A stretch of 64,000 bases of DNA from Octopus vulgaris (GCA_951406725.2 OX597828.1:25048001-25112000), one strand, 5' to 3'. Shown: positions 1 through 12,529, counted from the first letter of the stretch. Translations and numbers: made by a program. Notes: generated from the letters alone by a model not told the origin.

Positions 1-1231
1 AATTAAGATAAACAAAGTTCTTTTTTAATCTAAAATATACTCTCCTTCATTTTCTTCAATACGCTTTCATCTATCTAGTAGACTTGCAGGACCCCTCTTC
101 CAAAATTCACTTGTCCGTGACGAAAAATACTCCTCCAGTAATGTTCTGACATCGTCGACAGAATTCATATTTTTTCCGTCCAAATTATAATTTGAAGACT
201 GCCGAATAAATGATAATCAGATGGGGCAATGCCCGGCGAATATGGTGGGTGGGGCATCGTTTCCCATTCAAACTACTCCAGCTTTTGGAATGTCATTCTC
301 GCTGTATGTGGGCGAGCATTATCCTGATGGAAGAACGCCTTTCATCTTGAAACCAAAGACGGTCGTTTTTCTTCTATCGCTGACTTAAGCCGCTCAAGCT
401 GCTCGCAGTAGATCTCCTTTGTCATCGTTTAGTTTGGGTTTAAAACCTCAAAGTGGACTAAACCTTTCATATCCCACCAACCAGATAACAACACCTTACG
501 TGAGTAAAAGCCTTCTTTAACCTGGGGTTCTGGTGTTTCTCTTTTCCCTACCCACTGTCCTCGGCGCTTGACATTTTTATAGAGAACCCATTTCTTGTCA
601 CCAGTCACTATTCGGTGGAAAAAAGGGTCATTCGTGAGACGTGGCAGCAACGAAGAGCATGCATTCATTCTCTGCGTGCGATTAGATTTGGAAAGTTTGT
701 GAGGAACCCATTGACTCAATTTGCTGACTTTCTCGATGGCACACAGGTGTCGGTGAATGGTTGAATGACCAAATCCAAGCTTTTCTGCTAGTTCCTCAAC
801 AGTTACGATGGGATTTTGTTCCACCAGGCTTTTCATGATGCCCTCGTTGAGCTCTACAGATCTTCCAGGACGAGGCTCGTCTTCTAGGCTGTAGTTTCCG
901 GTTCGGAATTTCTGGAACCACCAATGACCCTGACTTGCGCTTCTTGTCCGATCCCCATGTACTGCATTAATATTCCTCGCACTTTCCGTTGTGTTGTTGC
1001 CTTTATTGAACTCATAAAGCAAAATATGTCGAATATGCTCCTCTGTCACTTCCATTGAAAAAATAACTGTTAAAATCGAACTGCACTCTTCAAAAACTTG
1101 CACTAAGAATAAGCACAAGGTAAAATTACTACCTGCTTTTATAGTAAATTAATGCAGGTAGTTTATCCCGTCCCCCATCGACATTTAGTTCATGCAATTG
1201 AAAAAACCGCATTATTTATGAGATGACCCAA
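1..1231 (-). mobile_element. Mariner (DD34D-type) DNA transposon, decayed transposase; 3' end runs off the window
   Basis: Minus-strand translation from ATG ~1055 gives WVPHKL and VTGDKKW, a stop at 429, then FHQDNARPH and HPPYSPGIAPSDY. TIR-like TTGGGTCATCTCATAAATAATGCGG after TA at ~1232. Confidence 0.92.
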
Positions 1232-1510
1232 TAGACAGATACCATGGAGAAATAGATGTCAAACAACAGTATGCATTTATATGTATGTAGTTATATGCTT
1301 CAAGCGTTTGTTTTCGTTTTTGTTCTCTGCTTTGTTTTGATTTGGTTTGATTTTTTTGTTTTTTATTCTTTCAATGAAAATCCTTTCGTCCGGGATCATG
1401 GCATGCGCAGGATGAGATACCCGTATCTCCCTGGATAGGATGGCTGTAAATAAAGTTCTTTGTATATAGATATACAATCCGCAGAGGAATAAACCAAAAA
1501 AACAATAGAT

Positions 1511-1569
<59 letters not shown>

Positions 1570-1589
1570 GAAATAATTACTATGAAGCA

Positions 1590-1992
1590 CTGTAGAATAT
1601 ATTGTACGAGCAAAACGTCCCCCGTCCAATGAACAGTGCTGAGTTTTCAAACATTTAAACCAAATTTTCTCAAAACAACTTGTCCGGCTGTCCCATTTTG
1701 TGGCATTATTTCAAGCCAGCCGGCTTTCTTGCGCAAACTGCACGTGCATTTTTCTCGCGTACGCGTAGAATCGATCACAACAGCAGATGTACTTGCGCGT
1801 ACCAAATGCACGTTCACACGGCTTTATCGATCGCATTCTCACCTGGAATCGATTTTTGTAATTTTTTCAAGACTTATACACGCCCTGATATTGTCGGTAT
1901 CTACATATCAAATTTGAGCGCAATCAGATGGAGGATGCCCGAGATCCTAGACGACACACACACACACAGACAGAGCGGATTTCATATAACAG
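1590..1992 (-). mobile_element. Non-autonomous Helitron-like element, family H1
   Basis: Both ends match 36014-36460 in reverse complement: 5' TC start, (GTCT)/(GT) microsatellite, AAATTTG core, GC-rich subterminal segment. Confidence 0.6.
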
Positions 1993-2275
1993 ATAAAGGA
2001 TCGTAGGTAAGGCCAAATAATGGGAAGTAGATGCAAGATAAATCACAAGAAAACAAATATGTGAATTAATATAGACTTACCTTGTATTCAATCTTTCGGG
2101 GTTATGACCCCATTTTCAAGAAATTGACGAATGCTGCCGATGTTTCTTGAAAATGGTGTCATAGCCCCGAAATATTGAAAACAAGGTGAGTCTACATTAA
2201 TTCACATATTTGTTTTCTTGTGACTTACCTTGCATTTACTTCACGTTGTTTTGGCCTTACCCACCATCCTTTATA
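1993..2275. mobile_element. Fold-back element (~130-bp inverted arms) with an HHR-like motif on each arm; putative non-autonomous PLE
   Basis: 1993-2125 is the reverse complement of ~2143-2275; abuts (TA)n. Confidence 0.75.
2142..2182 (+). ncRNA. Minimal hammerhead ribozyme-like motif, U3-A8 variant
   Basis: tttc-TTGAAAA-tggtgtcatagcccc-GAAA-TA-TT-gaaa; mirror copy on the minus strand at 2084-2123 with stem II gggg/cccc. Confidence 0.6.
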
Positions 2276-2298
2276 TAATATACATATATATATATATA

Positions 2299-2561
2299 TT
2301 GAAGAGTGCAGTTCGATTTTAACAGTTATTTTTTCAATGGAAGTGACAGAGGAGCATATTCGACATATTTTGCTTTATGAGTTCAATAAAGGCAACAACG
2401 CAACGGAAAGTGCGAGGAATATTAATGCAGTACATGGGGATCGGACAAGAAGCGCAACTAGCAGAAAAGCTTGGATTTGGTCATTCAACCATTCACCGTC
2501 ACCTGTGTGCCATCGAGAAAGTCAGCAAATTGAGTCAATGGGTTCCTCACAAACTTTCCGA
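2299..2561 (+). mobile_element. Internally deleted, TIR-less fragment of the same mariner family as 1-1231
   Basis: Encodes MEVTEEHIRHILLYEFNKG...DRTRSA joined directly to LAEKLGFGHSTIHRHL...WVPHKLS; (TA)n on both sides. Confidence 0.9.
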
Positions 2562-2593
<32 letters not shown>

Positions 2594-2942
2594 TCACACA
2601 TGGCGGACACTCCCGTCGAAGATGATGGATTACTGTTAAACGAGAAGCAAGAAAAAGAATCCAGCCAAATAGACAATTAACAAACACCCTCATTATTACT
2701 ATCATTCACGAACGTTTGCGATTTATTCACTTCACCAGGTGACTCCTCGGGTCTCCAAAAGCAATATGGATATAAACATGAGTATGACGTATTAAACTAG
2801 CATGCGATCTAGCTGAGAAATCACGATGTGGACAATGGTGTTCTGCGTGCAGACTGTTCTGTCCGTTCCTTTCTCTGTGATTCCGTAGTTGCTCTTGATA
2901 TTGTACACTTTAGGTTTTAAGATTGTGAAGCCGGAAAATGCA

Positions 2943-2989
<47 letters not shown>

Positions 2990-3150
2990 GAAAAATAAAG
3001 ATTCAGATAGAATTAGGTCATTGAAAAGATATACACCAGGTAGAGTTGGATAACACTGTGGTTCCGGTCTATGTATCAAATAGGATATTCCGGTTGTGTA
3101 CACAGAGAAATCCAACCCTATGAGTATTTAAATCCATAAATCTTGAAATA

Positions 3151-4441
3151 TCAGGTCATCCCATAAGTTCTGTCCGATTTTACCTTTACCTTTTTTTAAA
3201 ATTGAATGGAATTTAATAGTGTTTTAGAATGTCTAATGGAATTAAAAATTATTTTTATGCATTTGTGTACATTTAAACTAATTAAATATTGTTTTACAGA
3301 ATACTAGAATTTAAATTTCTTTGATTAAAATCCTTCTAACATGGAAGTATCCAAAGGCACATAATGCTTTATGAGTACAAAAAAATAAACTCTGCAGCCG
3401 AAGCGACTCGAAATATACACTCAGTTTATGGGAAAGAATGCTTGAATGCAAGAACTAGCAGATGATGGTTTGCAAAATTAGGAATTGGAGATTTTAGCCT
3501 TGAAGATGAAGATCGAACAGGACATTCAGTTGAGTTTGATGATAAGCTCCTTGAGACTTTACTTGAAGAAAATCTCGCATTATCAGTTGAAGAATTGGCA
3601 ATAAAGCTTAGTTCAAACCATATAACTATTAATCATCCTCTTCAACAACTTGGAAAGGTTCCTAAACTTGGAAAATGAGTGCCTCATGAATTGTCCGAAA
3701 GCAACCGCAAATCCCTAGTTGACATCTGCTCTTCTCTCCATTCCGCGAACTCATTTCACCCTTTTTGGATAGACTTGTGACTGGTGACGAAAAATGGATC
3801 TTCTATCGAAATGTTAAACGTCGTAAACAGTGGCTGGTATAAGGGAAAACGCTCAACCACAACCGAGAAGGGAGCTTCATGGGAAAAAGGTTCTTCTCTC
3901 TATCTGGTGGGATTGCAAAGGAGTAATTCACTTTGAATTGTTACCACCTAATGCAACAATCAATGCTCAAGTCTACTGTCAGCAATTAAAGCGTTTAAAC
4001 CAAGCTTTGAAGCGTTTAAACCAAGCGTTTAAACCAAGCGTTTTAGTGAATCGACTGATGTTCCATCAGGACAATGCACGACCCCACACTGCAAAGATCA
4101 CATCACAGAAGATCGAAGAGCTTGGTTTGGTAAAAATTCCTCATCCACCTGATCCTCCCGACCTTGCTCCTTCAGGCTACCATTTGTTTCGTAGTTTACG
4201 GAATCATTTGGAGGATATAACTTTCGCAAGCCAGGAGGAGATCGAAACTGACATTTCAGAGTTCTTCACTTTGAAACCAAAAGAGTTTTACATTGATGCG
4301 ATTAAAAAGCTTGTAAATAGATGGAAGGAAGTCATAGATAATCAGAGACAGTACATTGATGATCAAATTTCAATTAAAAGTAACATTTGATCACTTGTTT
4401 TCTTTATTCGAAATTCGGACAAAACTTATGGGATAACCTGA
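3151..4441 (+). mobile_element. Full-length (~1.29 kb) mariner with frameshifted transposase pseudogene
   Basis: TIRs TCAGGTCATCCCATAAGTTCTGTCCGA / TCGGACAAAACTTATGGGATAACCTGA; motifs VPHEL, VTGDEKW, FHQDNARPH, PDLAPSGYHLF; stops and frameshifts in the 5' half. Confidence 0.95.
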
Positions 4442-4459
4442 TCAAACTAAATAAGGATA

Positions 4460-4655
4460 TACATACATATTTGTGTGTGTGTATATACATAAATATTTAA
4501 GTATATACATATATACATGTTTATATGTATGTGTGTGTACAATATGTATGTTATATATTTTTATATACTTTATATATACATGTGTATATGCATATGCGCA
4601 CATGATGCATGTAATAAATATATAATGATGCCCGTTATTTTTAGTGAGTGCACAA

Positions 4656-4689
<34 letters not shown>

Positions 4690-4895
4690 GTACGTGTGTA
4701 TATACACATATGTGTGTGTAATATATGCATGTAAATATATATATATTTACATATATAAAAGTATATATAAATATTTGTATATATAAGTATATATATATAA
4801 GTATATGTATATATATATAATAGAAATATTAAAATTACTAAGTCTCTCTATATGTATGTATATACGCACACACATACATACATACACAGATACTG

Positions 4896-4944
<49 letters not shown>

Positions 4945-4996
4945 AACATACAAACATACATACAAACATACATACATACATACATACATACATACA

Positions 4997-5029
<33 letters not shown>

Positions 5030-6680
5030 CTTCTATTGGGAGGGAAAGATAGAGTGAGAGTGAGAGTGAATAACGATGGCGAGATTGATAGCGTGGCGAA
5101 TCGTAACATGGAAACATGGAAAGGATAAAAAAAAATAAAATCTACCAAACTTGAGGGAAAGAAATAGAGAGAAAGAGAGTATGAAAGAGAGAATAAAGGG
5201 AGGATGGAATAGAGAATAAAGGGAGGATGGAATAGAGAATAAAGGGAGGATGGAATAGAGAAAGAAAATGGTTTGATAAAAGAATAGACATGAGTGAAAG
5301 AGATTATGTTTAAACAAAAAAACGAAGAAGGATAGGAGCAGAGATAGTTAATGGTGCATTACAAGTGAATTTGTTTAAGCACCAAGGGTCTTATTGTGTA
5401 TGAACGCCAGAATAAAAAATATGGCCGCCATTTTTATTGGTCTTTGCTTTTTAAGTCTTCTACTTCGATGCTGTTGTTGTTGTTATTGTTGTTAGCATTT
5501 GTTTGTTTCTTGATGTTGGTTTTATGTTGTTTGTTTTCGTTGTTTGTTTTTTGTTGTTGTTTGTGTGTGTGTGTGTGAGCGTGTATGTGTTTATGAGCGT
5601 GTATGCGTGTGTACGTGTGCGTATGTGTGTGCATCAGTGTGTATATGTATGTGTGTATGAGTGTGTATGTGCGTGTGTATGAGTGTGTATGTGTGTATGT
5701 CTGTGTGTATGAGTGTGTATGTGTGTGCGCGTGTGTGTCTGTGTGTGAATGAATGTGTGAATGAGTATGTGTATGTATGCGTGTTTTGTAGTTCTGTAAG
5801 TAACTGTGTGGGTATATGTGAAAGAGATTGTGTGTTTATGTGTGTGTATGTGTGTGTCTTTGTGTGTGCATTTGTGTGTGTGCACGTGTGTGTAACAATG
5901 AGGTTATATGTGAGAGTGTGTGCATTTGTAAGTATGTATATGTGTGATTTAGAGACTTTGTGGATGTGTGTGTGAGTGTTTGTGTGATAGAGAAAATGTG
6001 TGTGTGTGTCTGTGTTTGTGTGTTTGTATGTGTATGAGAGAGAGGAAGAGAGAGTGTGTGTAAATGTATATGTGTAAGAGTATGTTAATGTGTATGCTTG
6101 TGTATGTATGTGTAGTAGTATTGATGATGGTGATAGTGACGATGGAGGTGGCGAAAGTAGTGGTGGTGGTGGTGGTGGTGTTGGCGGTGGTGGTGGTGGT
6201 GGTGGTGGTGGTGGTAGTGGTGGTAGTGGTGGTGGTGGTGGTGGTGGTAGTGGTGGTGGTAGTGGTGGTGGTGGTAGTGGTGGTGGTGGTGGTGGTGGTG
6301 GTGGTGGTGGTGGTGGTGGTGGTGGTGGTGGTGGTGGTGGTGGTGGTAGTGGTGGTGGTGGTGGTGGTAGTGGTGGTGGTTGTGGTGGTGGTAGTGGTGG
6401 TGGTGGTGGTGGTAGTGGTGGTGGTGGTAGTAGTAGTGGTAGTGGTGGTGGTGTTAGCGGTGATGGTTGTTGCAGTGGTGAAGATGACCAAAGTTGTGAT
6501 GGTGATGATGGTAGTGATGGTGATAGAGAAGAGTTGTGACAGAACATAGAACAACAGCACAGTTTTCAGTTTATGTGCACCACCAGCACACCAGCATCCC
6601 CCACCACCCTCATCATCACCACCACCACTATCACCACCATCTACAGCCTCATCGTCATCATCATCATCATCATCGTTATT
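4460..6680. repeat. Compound microsatellite / low-complexity block: (TA)n, (TACA)n, (GT)n-like, (GGT)n ~6160-6450, (CAT)n
   Basis: Directly visible; explains the poly-P/T/V/G ORFs. Confidence 0.95.
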
Positions 6681-6689
6681 TTTATTATT

Positions 6690-6990
6690 ATTGATTTACA
6701 TCTCAGAGCGATCGGTCTCGTCTGCTCTGGTTGATTGTGTGAGGGCGGACAGCAGCTTGTTGTCTTGTTGTCAGCTGTCTCACAGGGTCGCTTTCCGCAC
6801 ATTATAAGCTTTGATAATTGGTTGTTAATTATTGTGGAAGTCATTCAACATCTTAAGTACCAATCTCAAAATCGCAGCCTCCCCAACAGAGCAGCTTTTG
6901 GGGGCCTCCTCTGTTCTCATGTCAATTCCGATTTCTCTAACATATTTCTCGAACTTAGTTGTTAGTGATCCGAGTGACTACTAGTTAGTG
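6690..6990 (-). mobile_element. 3' end of an RLE-type (R4/Dong-like) LINE
   Basis: Minus strand reads KFEKYVREIGIDMRTEEA and, after frameshift, ...ILRLVLK, like the C-terminal Q(K)AALLGTARILR motif; followed by a UTR and a (TAA/TGA)n tail. Confidence 0.55.
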
Positions 6991-7102
6991 ATTCAGTTCC
7001 ACAGCGTGGCCGCTTAGGCAAGTGTCTTTCTTCTACTATAGCCACGGGCCGACCAAAGCCTTGTGAATGGATTTAGTAGGCGGAAACTGAAAGGTGCCCG
7101 TC

Positions 7103-7158
<56 letters not shown>

Positions 7159-8580
7159 AACCGATGGTGGTGTGTTGACGTCCCCGTAACTTTGCGGTTC
7201 GGCAAAAGTCACCGATGGAATAAGTACTAGGCTTACAAAGAATAAATCCTGGGGTCGATTTCTTCGACTAAAAAAAACCCTTTAGGGTCTGCTCCAACAT
7301 GATCGCAGTCAAATAACTGAAACAAGGAAAACAATAAAAGAATTAAAAAATAAACTCTATCAATTCGAATTTTTTTTTAAGCCATTTAATTGTATATTTG
7401 TCAGATTTTCATAATAGCTGTCTTACATGAATCGCAATTTCATAAGTGTTCCACATTTCAAAATACTTACGAGTGGACTTTCTTTAACCCCCATGACAAC
7501 GGGTTTTAATCAGGCAACTAGGTTGCACTGACGGTAATCATCTTAGCTGAGGTCAGCAATTAGCGCACGACAACGGTTTGGCGTATATTTGCGTCAACCG
7601 CTTTGAAGCATCCACTGTTTATTTATTTCAACTGCCATCACTGCGAGGACCGTAAACCCAGCGAAAATGGCATAGCTGGATGTGATTGGAAATTCCGTGA
7701 AGGACCAGAAGAATTTGCTGAGCGTGTACGAATTTGATGGAAATGGTGGTGTAACTGCTGCTTTTATACTATTATGGTGAGGAAGTCTTGAACTGAGTTG
7801 TAAATATTTACATGGAAAGTCTTACAAACCTATAAGATTCCTTGAATTTTACACAGTGGCCTCTATTATGGATTCTGCGAATGACAGCAGATATTTATAT
7901 CAACCGGAACACAAACAGCTACAAAACCGCAGCAGATAGGGTTGCGTATATTTTCGTCACCTGATTCAAAGCAAGTACACAGTGCACATAAATTTACGTC
8001 AACCGATGTTATTTACGGGTTAAAACAAAACCTTTTAATCCATATCTTCCCAAACGTCTACCCACGCACTCATCATACCTTTGAAACACAAGTCACCACA
8101 ATTTTTTTTTCCTTTTTGTTATTTTTCGTCATGTAGTGCTCCACATTTTGAAACACTTGTAATTTGTATTTTTACCGAAAAATATTTGGAAAGGCTGTCA
8201 TTATTCCAAATGTCTGTGTGTTTAGAGCATTTCTTCTAAGCTTTCTTTCTCTCTTGTTCTAATTTATAGAAAGTGGTTTGCTTAATAGCTGTGCTGTAAT
8301 TATTATAATTACTACTCGAGTGTTAACGATCTTATAATAGGAAAATTTGGATGCATACTTTTGCTATTATGGGTAATATCAGGAAATATGGCGTACGTAT
8401 AATGATTATAATTTAAATTAGCTATGAGCAACAAAAGCAGGTCGTTACAAAATCTGCTTCTGTTGCTATAGTTAATTTATACACAGCCCACCAGCTTTCC
8501 GGGATGCCACTGGTTGTTCGGTCAGTATTATTCTTTATCGGTTTGACTGATTTTTTTGTCTGGCATTCGGCTTAGCTAGC

Positions 8581-8624
8581 TGCCACTGATGATCCGCAAC
8601 ACGGTGAAATTACGTGATATGGTA
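8581..8624 (+). ncRNA. Type-I hammerhead ribozyme motif, canonical core
   Basis: tgcca-CTGATGA-t-ccg-caaca-cgg-t-GAAA-ttacgtga-TA-tggta: stem I 5 bp, near-palindromic stem III (ATTACGTGAT), predicted cleavage after AUA at 8619. Confidence 0.7.
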
Positions 8625-9071
8625 GCGCTACCATCCGCCGGTGTGCTGTCAGTATTTAGTCAACCGATAACAGAATTTCGATGCATTTTAGTATTTGTTG
8701 TCTGCACGAAATGATTTTCCGGTATGATTACAATAATCTAAATTAGGTCTGATGTGCTAATTAATAATTATAATTTAACTTTTATCAAATTTCTTGGTAG
8801 TTTTACAATGTGATGAAAAGAATCCTAATTTTTGCAATAAAAATATTTATTACTTTAAAATAAAATTAAATAAAGTGTTACACTCTAATGTAATGTATAC
8901 AGTGTATATATTACACTATGGGGATACAGTGTAGCATTGTACGATGTTGCTGCTGGTGTTGTTGCTGTCATTGTCATCTTTTATTATTTTTTACTTTTTT
9001 CAGTCACTGGACGGTGGCCATGCTGGGACACAACCTTAAAGGGATTTTAGTCCAACGAATCGCCCCCAGTA

Positions 9072-9124
<53 letters not shown>

Positions 9125-9130
<6 letters not shown>

Positions 9131-9645
9131 AATAATAATTAAGAGCATCTAAGAGATACCACCATGCTAGATATAGCAGCCAAAACTTGACTCTAAAGCC
9201 ACATTAAATATTCATACAGCACCAGGAGAGAAGACAAAGAGACAAAATAAACCAGTAAAAAAATTACTGGATAATTCCAGATCCCAGATTTCTGACTCTG
9301 CATACGTGCATTTATATGTATGTATACGTTCGTATATGTAAGTATTCGTATGTTGTATATTTGTATTTATATGCTATCTGAGTATATTCCACTGATGAAG
9401 GCAAAGCATTTCTTATGCAGAGTCAGAAATCCGGGATCTAGAATTATCCAGTAATTTTTTGCTAGTTTATTTTGTCTCTTTGTCTTCTCGCCTGGTGCTG
9501 TATGAACATTTAATGTGGTTTTAGAGTCAAGTTTTGACTGCTATATCTAGCATGGTGGTATATCTTTGATACCCTTAATTATAATTTTAATAATAATCAT
9601 TACCTTTGAGGTTTTTATTCCCATGCTGGCCACATGCATACATAT
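9125..9645 (+). mobile_element. Fold-back putative non-autonomous PLE (~180-bp arms, ~110-bp spacer, 3' tail) nested in a SINE
   Basis: 9125-9304 is inverted versus 9415-9592; lies between (TA)n and (GATA)n and splits a family-A SINE (~8990-9073 / ~9730-10090). Confidence 0.75.
9386..9444 (+). ncRNA. Type-I hammerhead ribozyme motif, canonical C3-G8 core
   Basis: attcca-CTGATGA-a-ggc..gcat-ttctt-atgc..gtc-a-GAAA-tccggga-TC-tagaat; the inverted arm preserves tggaat, the perfect stem-I partner. Confidence 0.7.
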
Positions 9646-9646
9646 T

Positions 9647-9726
<80 letters not shown>

Positions 9727-11456
9727 TACTTATATATATATTATTTTTAAACGGGGTACTTATTCTATTAGTCTCTTTTGCCGAGTCGCTAAGTTACTGC
9801 TGATGCTGCGGCTGTTATCCCATTCATGTTGGTTCTGCAGCTGTTTGATGTTAAGCTGTAGAGAAGGACAAAAACACACAGAAACATACATACATACACC
9901 TACGCATGCGCACACACATATGCACACACGCATATATACGACGGGTTTCTTTCAGTTTCCCTCTACCAAATCCACTGATATGGCTTTGTTCGACCCAAGG
10001 CTATAGCAGAAGTTACTTGCTATAAGGTTCCACACAGCAGGATTGAACTCGGAACCATGCGGTTGGGAAGCTAACGTCTTACCACATGGCCATGTATTCG
10101 CCTCATGATTATATTCGTTCTACATCTGTTGTTGATCTCTTCTTCATCGTCATAGTGATCACTGTTGTTGCCGCTGCTGCTGCGGTTGTCCCATTCATGT
10201 TGGCTCTGCAGCTGTTGGTGATTTCTCCACTGTTATTGTTGTTGCTGTTGTTGTCGTCGCCCTTGCTGCATTTGTTGCTGCTGCTGTGGCCGCCTTTGCA
10301 ATTTTCTGACGCCATCTTAATCCCACCTTGTACCGCCATCATAACAGGTGTTCCCATAATTCACGTACAACAGAAACAATAAAAAAGCATTCAATATTCT
10401 TCTCGTCCCTTAGCATATCATTGGCTGCGTATTCCGCAGATACTGACTTCGTACTTCGATTATCCTCTATATATTTTTTTCCCTCTGACCAATTCCACGC
10501 ATACATTTCGAATCGCTCCGTGGAGACCGAGGTATGAGATACTTGCCCAAGCTGCAGCATAAAAGGACCGAAACATACACCTCATGATTGCGAGACGATT
10601 TTCTTAAGCAATAGAACATACGAACGGTTATACATAAGGCGCTGGAGTGGCTGTGTGGTAAGTAGCTTGCTTACCAACCACATGGTCCGGGTTCAGTCCC
10701 ACTGCGTGGCACCCTCGGCAAGTGTCTTCTACTTATATGTATGTATGTAATAGCTGATGTACCCGGTAATTCCAAGGAAAGCAGGGCTTATCCTTTGGCT
10801 CCATTCTCATAATTCTTTCGCTAATCAAATAACAACAATACAATGTATGTAGCCCTTAAAACGGTTTTTGTGCATTTACAGAGAATACCGAACCGTCTTA
10901 CACAGGATCTTATTTTTAGGAATCCCCTATAAGTTATGAATACCCAAATTGTGAAGTTAGTTATGTGATAACATGAAATTAATTACCTGATAGTAAGAAT
11001 TCAAATAAAGTGGGCCCGAAAAGGGCTTTAATGCGTTCCCCGAGTATATAGAACTTAGGAGGAAATACTAATAAGGTATGTATACTAAAATTGTGAAGCA
11101 TGTTACGTAATAACAGTCTTATCAGATACGAGATAACAATTCATAGTAAATAATTCTGAAAAGGGATTTTGTGCGTTCCCAGAGAATATTACCGTCAGGG
11201 ATGCTAGCGTTGGTATGTTCGTGAATAAGTCACTAACCGAAATAAGTGGATCTATTGTTTAGGAAAATACTGTTTACTTGTTTAAAGGTTTTACTGGAAA
11301 AATTGCGAAAATAACTCTAACAGTTCAAACACTAAGAAATAAGCATACTCAATTTCGTTTTTACTAAATAATTTAGGAAAATTAATGGGTTATTTCCCTT
11401 GGCAATACATAAAAATCCCTTCCAGGGGCAAATGGGTTATTTTCCTTGGTTTTTAA

Positions 11457-11519
<63 letters not shown>

Positions 11520-11520
<1 letters not shown>

Positions 11521-11667
11521 CTTTTTCTGTGTATCTTTCTGTTGAAGAGCGTAGGCTCGAAACGTAAAAGACTTGTTTTATTTATATTCCTGAGCGCCAT
11601 ACTAATACAATTGTTTGTTTGTACTCCACCTGCCTTCGTCTTTTGTTTATTTTCATAAAGCTTCCCG

Positions 11668-11670
<3 letters not shown>
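11520..11670 (+). mobile_element. (TA)n-embedded short repeat with HHR-like motif (11534-11571); second copy at 60488-60680
   Basis: tcttt(ctg)-TTGAAGA-gcgtaggctc-GAAA-CG-TA-aaaga; homologous sequence on the minus strand at 60576-60614. Confidence 0.55.
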
Positions 11671-11719
<49 letters not shown>

Positions 11720-11896
11720 ATCCCTTCCAGGTGCCCTATTATTGATTTTTTTTCAACAATCTGAGCACGCTATGAGGTTTCCAGATATGAGTTCTACTCA
11801 CGTGTCACGTGTCAAAATCGATAAAACGATGTAGGAGGAGTTAGCTAACAACTCCACAAGCACGCCCACAGACAGAATTTCCCACATAGATAGTAG

Positions 11897-11927
<31 letters not shown>

Positions 11928-12529
11928 TGTATGTATGCATGCTTATATGCAAGTATGTGTATGTATGTATGCATGCATATATGTATGTATGTACATAACA
12001 TACACCAATAAAGAACTCTCAGCAAAAGACATTTTATCTTTCTTTTCGTTTCTCTTTGTGGCTCTTTTTCTTGTTTTGTTTCTTTTTTTCTCGTTATTTT
12101 TCTTTATTTTTCTTCTCGTTTATTTATTCATTCATTAAACAAACAAACAAACAAAAAAACCAAGTAATTAGAAAGACAGAGAATTTCGGTAACTGTTCCA
12201 CCAACTTCACAGTTAACCAAGATTCTTGTAGACAACTTGTAAGGGAGAATAATCAACGTAATTCGATTGCTCTTTACAATCTATCAGTTTACCTAGAATT
12301 CTTACCATTCCGATGTTATTTTTGTTATTGCCATTGTTGTTGGTATTCTTCTTTGTGTTACTGTCTTCATTGGTGGTGATGATGATGATGATGATGATGA
12401 TGTCTGTTGCCTAATATATTGACAGGAAAATGATGAGAAATCTTGTAATGAAATCAACGTAAAACAGGTGTGTTTTTGAAATTCTATTAATAGTTTTCAA
12501 GTTTTACAGTGAAAAGCATTTTTAAAAGG

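Noticed and set aside
3018-3123. HHR-like TTGAAAA...GAAA with a long stem II (also a weak motif near 21020-21065)
   Set aside because: Stem III or the core cannot be formed convincingly; could be chance in AT-rich DNA.
3830-4390. Active or domesticated (SETMAR-like) transposase
   Set aside because: Upstream stops and frameshifts, altered YSPDLAPSD motif, small internal duplication, and TIRs still present.
5591-6560. Poly-Pro/Thr/Val/Gly ORFs up to 318 aa
   Set aside because: Translations of (GGT)n and (GT)n microsatellites, open in several frames; no splice or complexity support.
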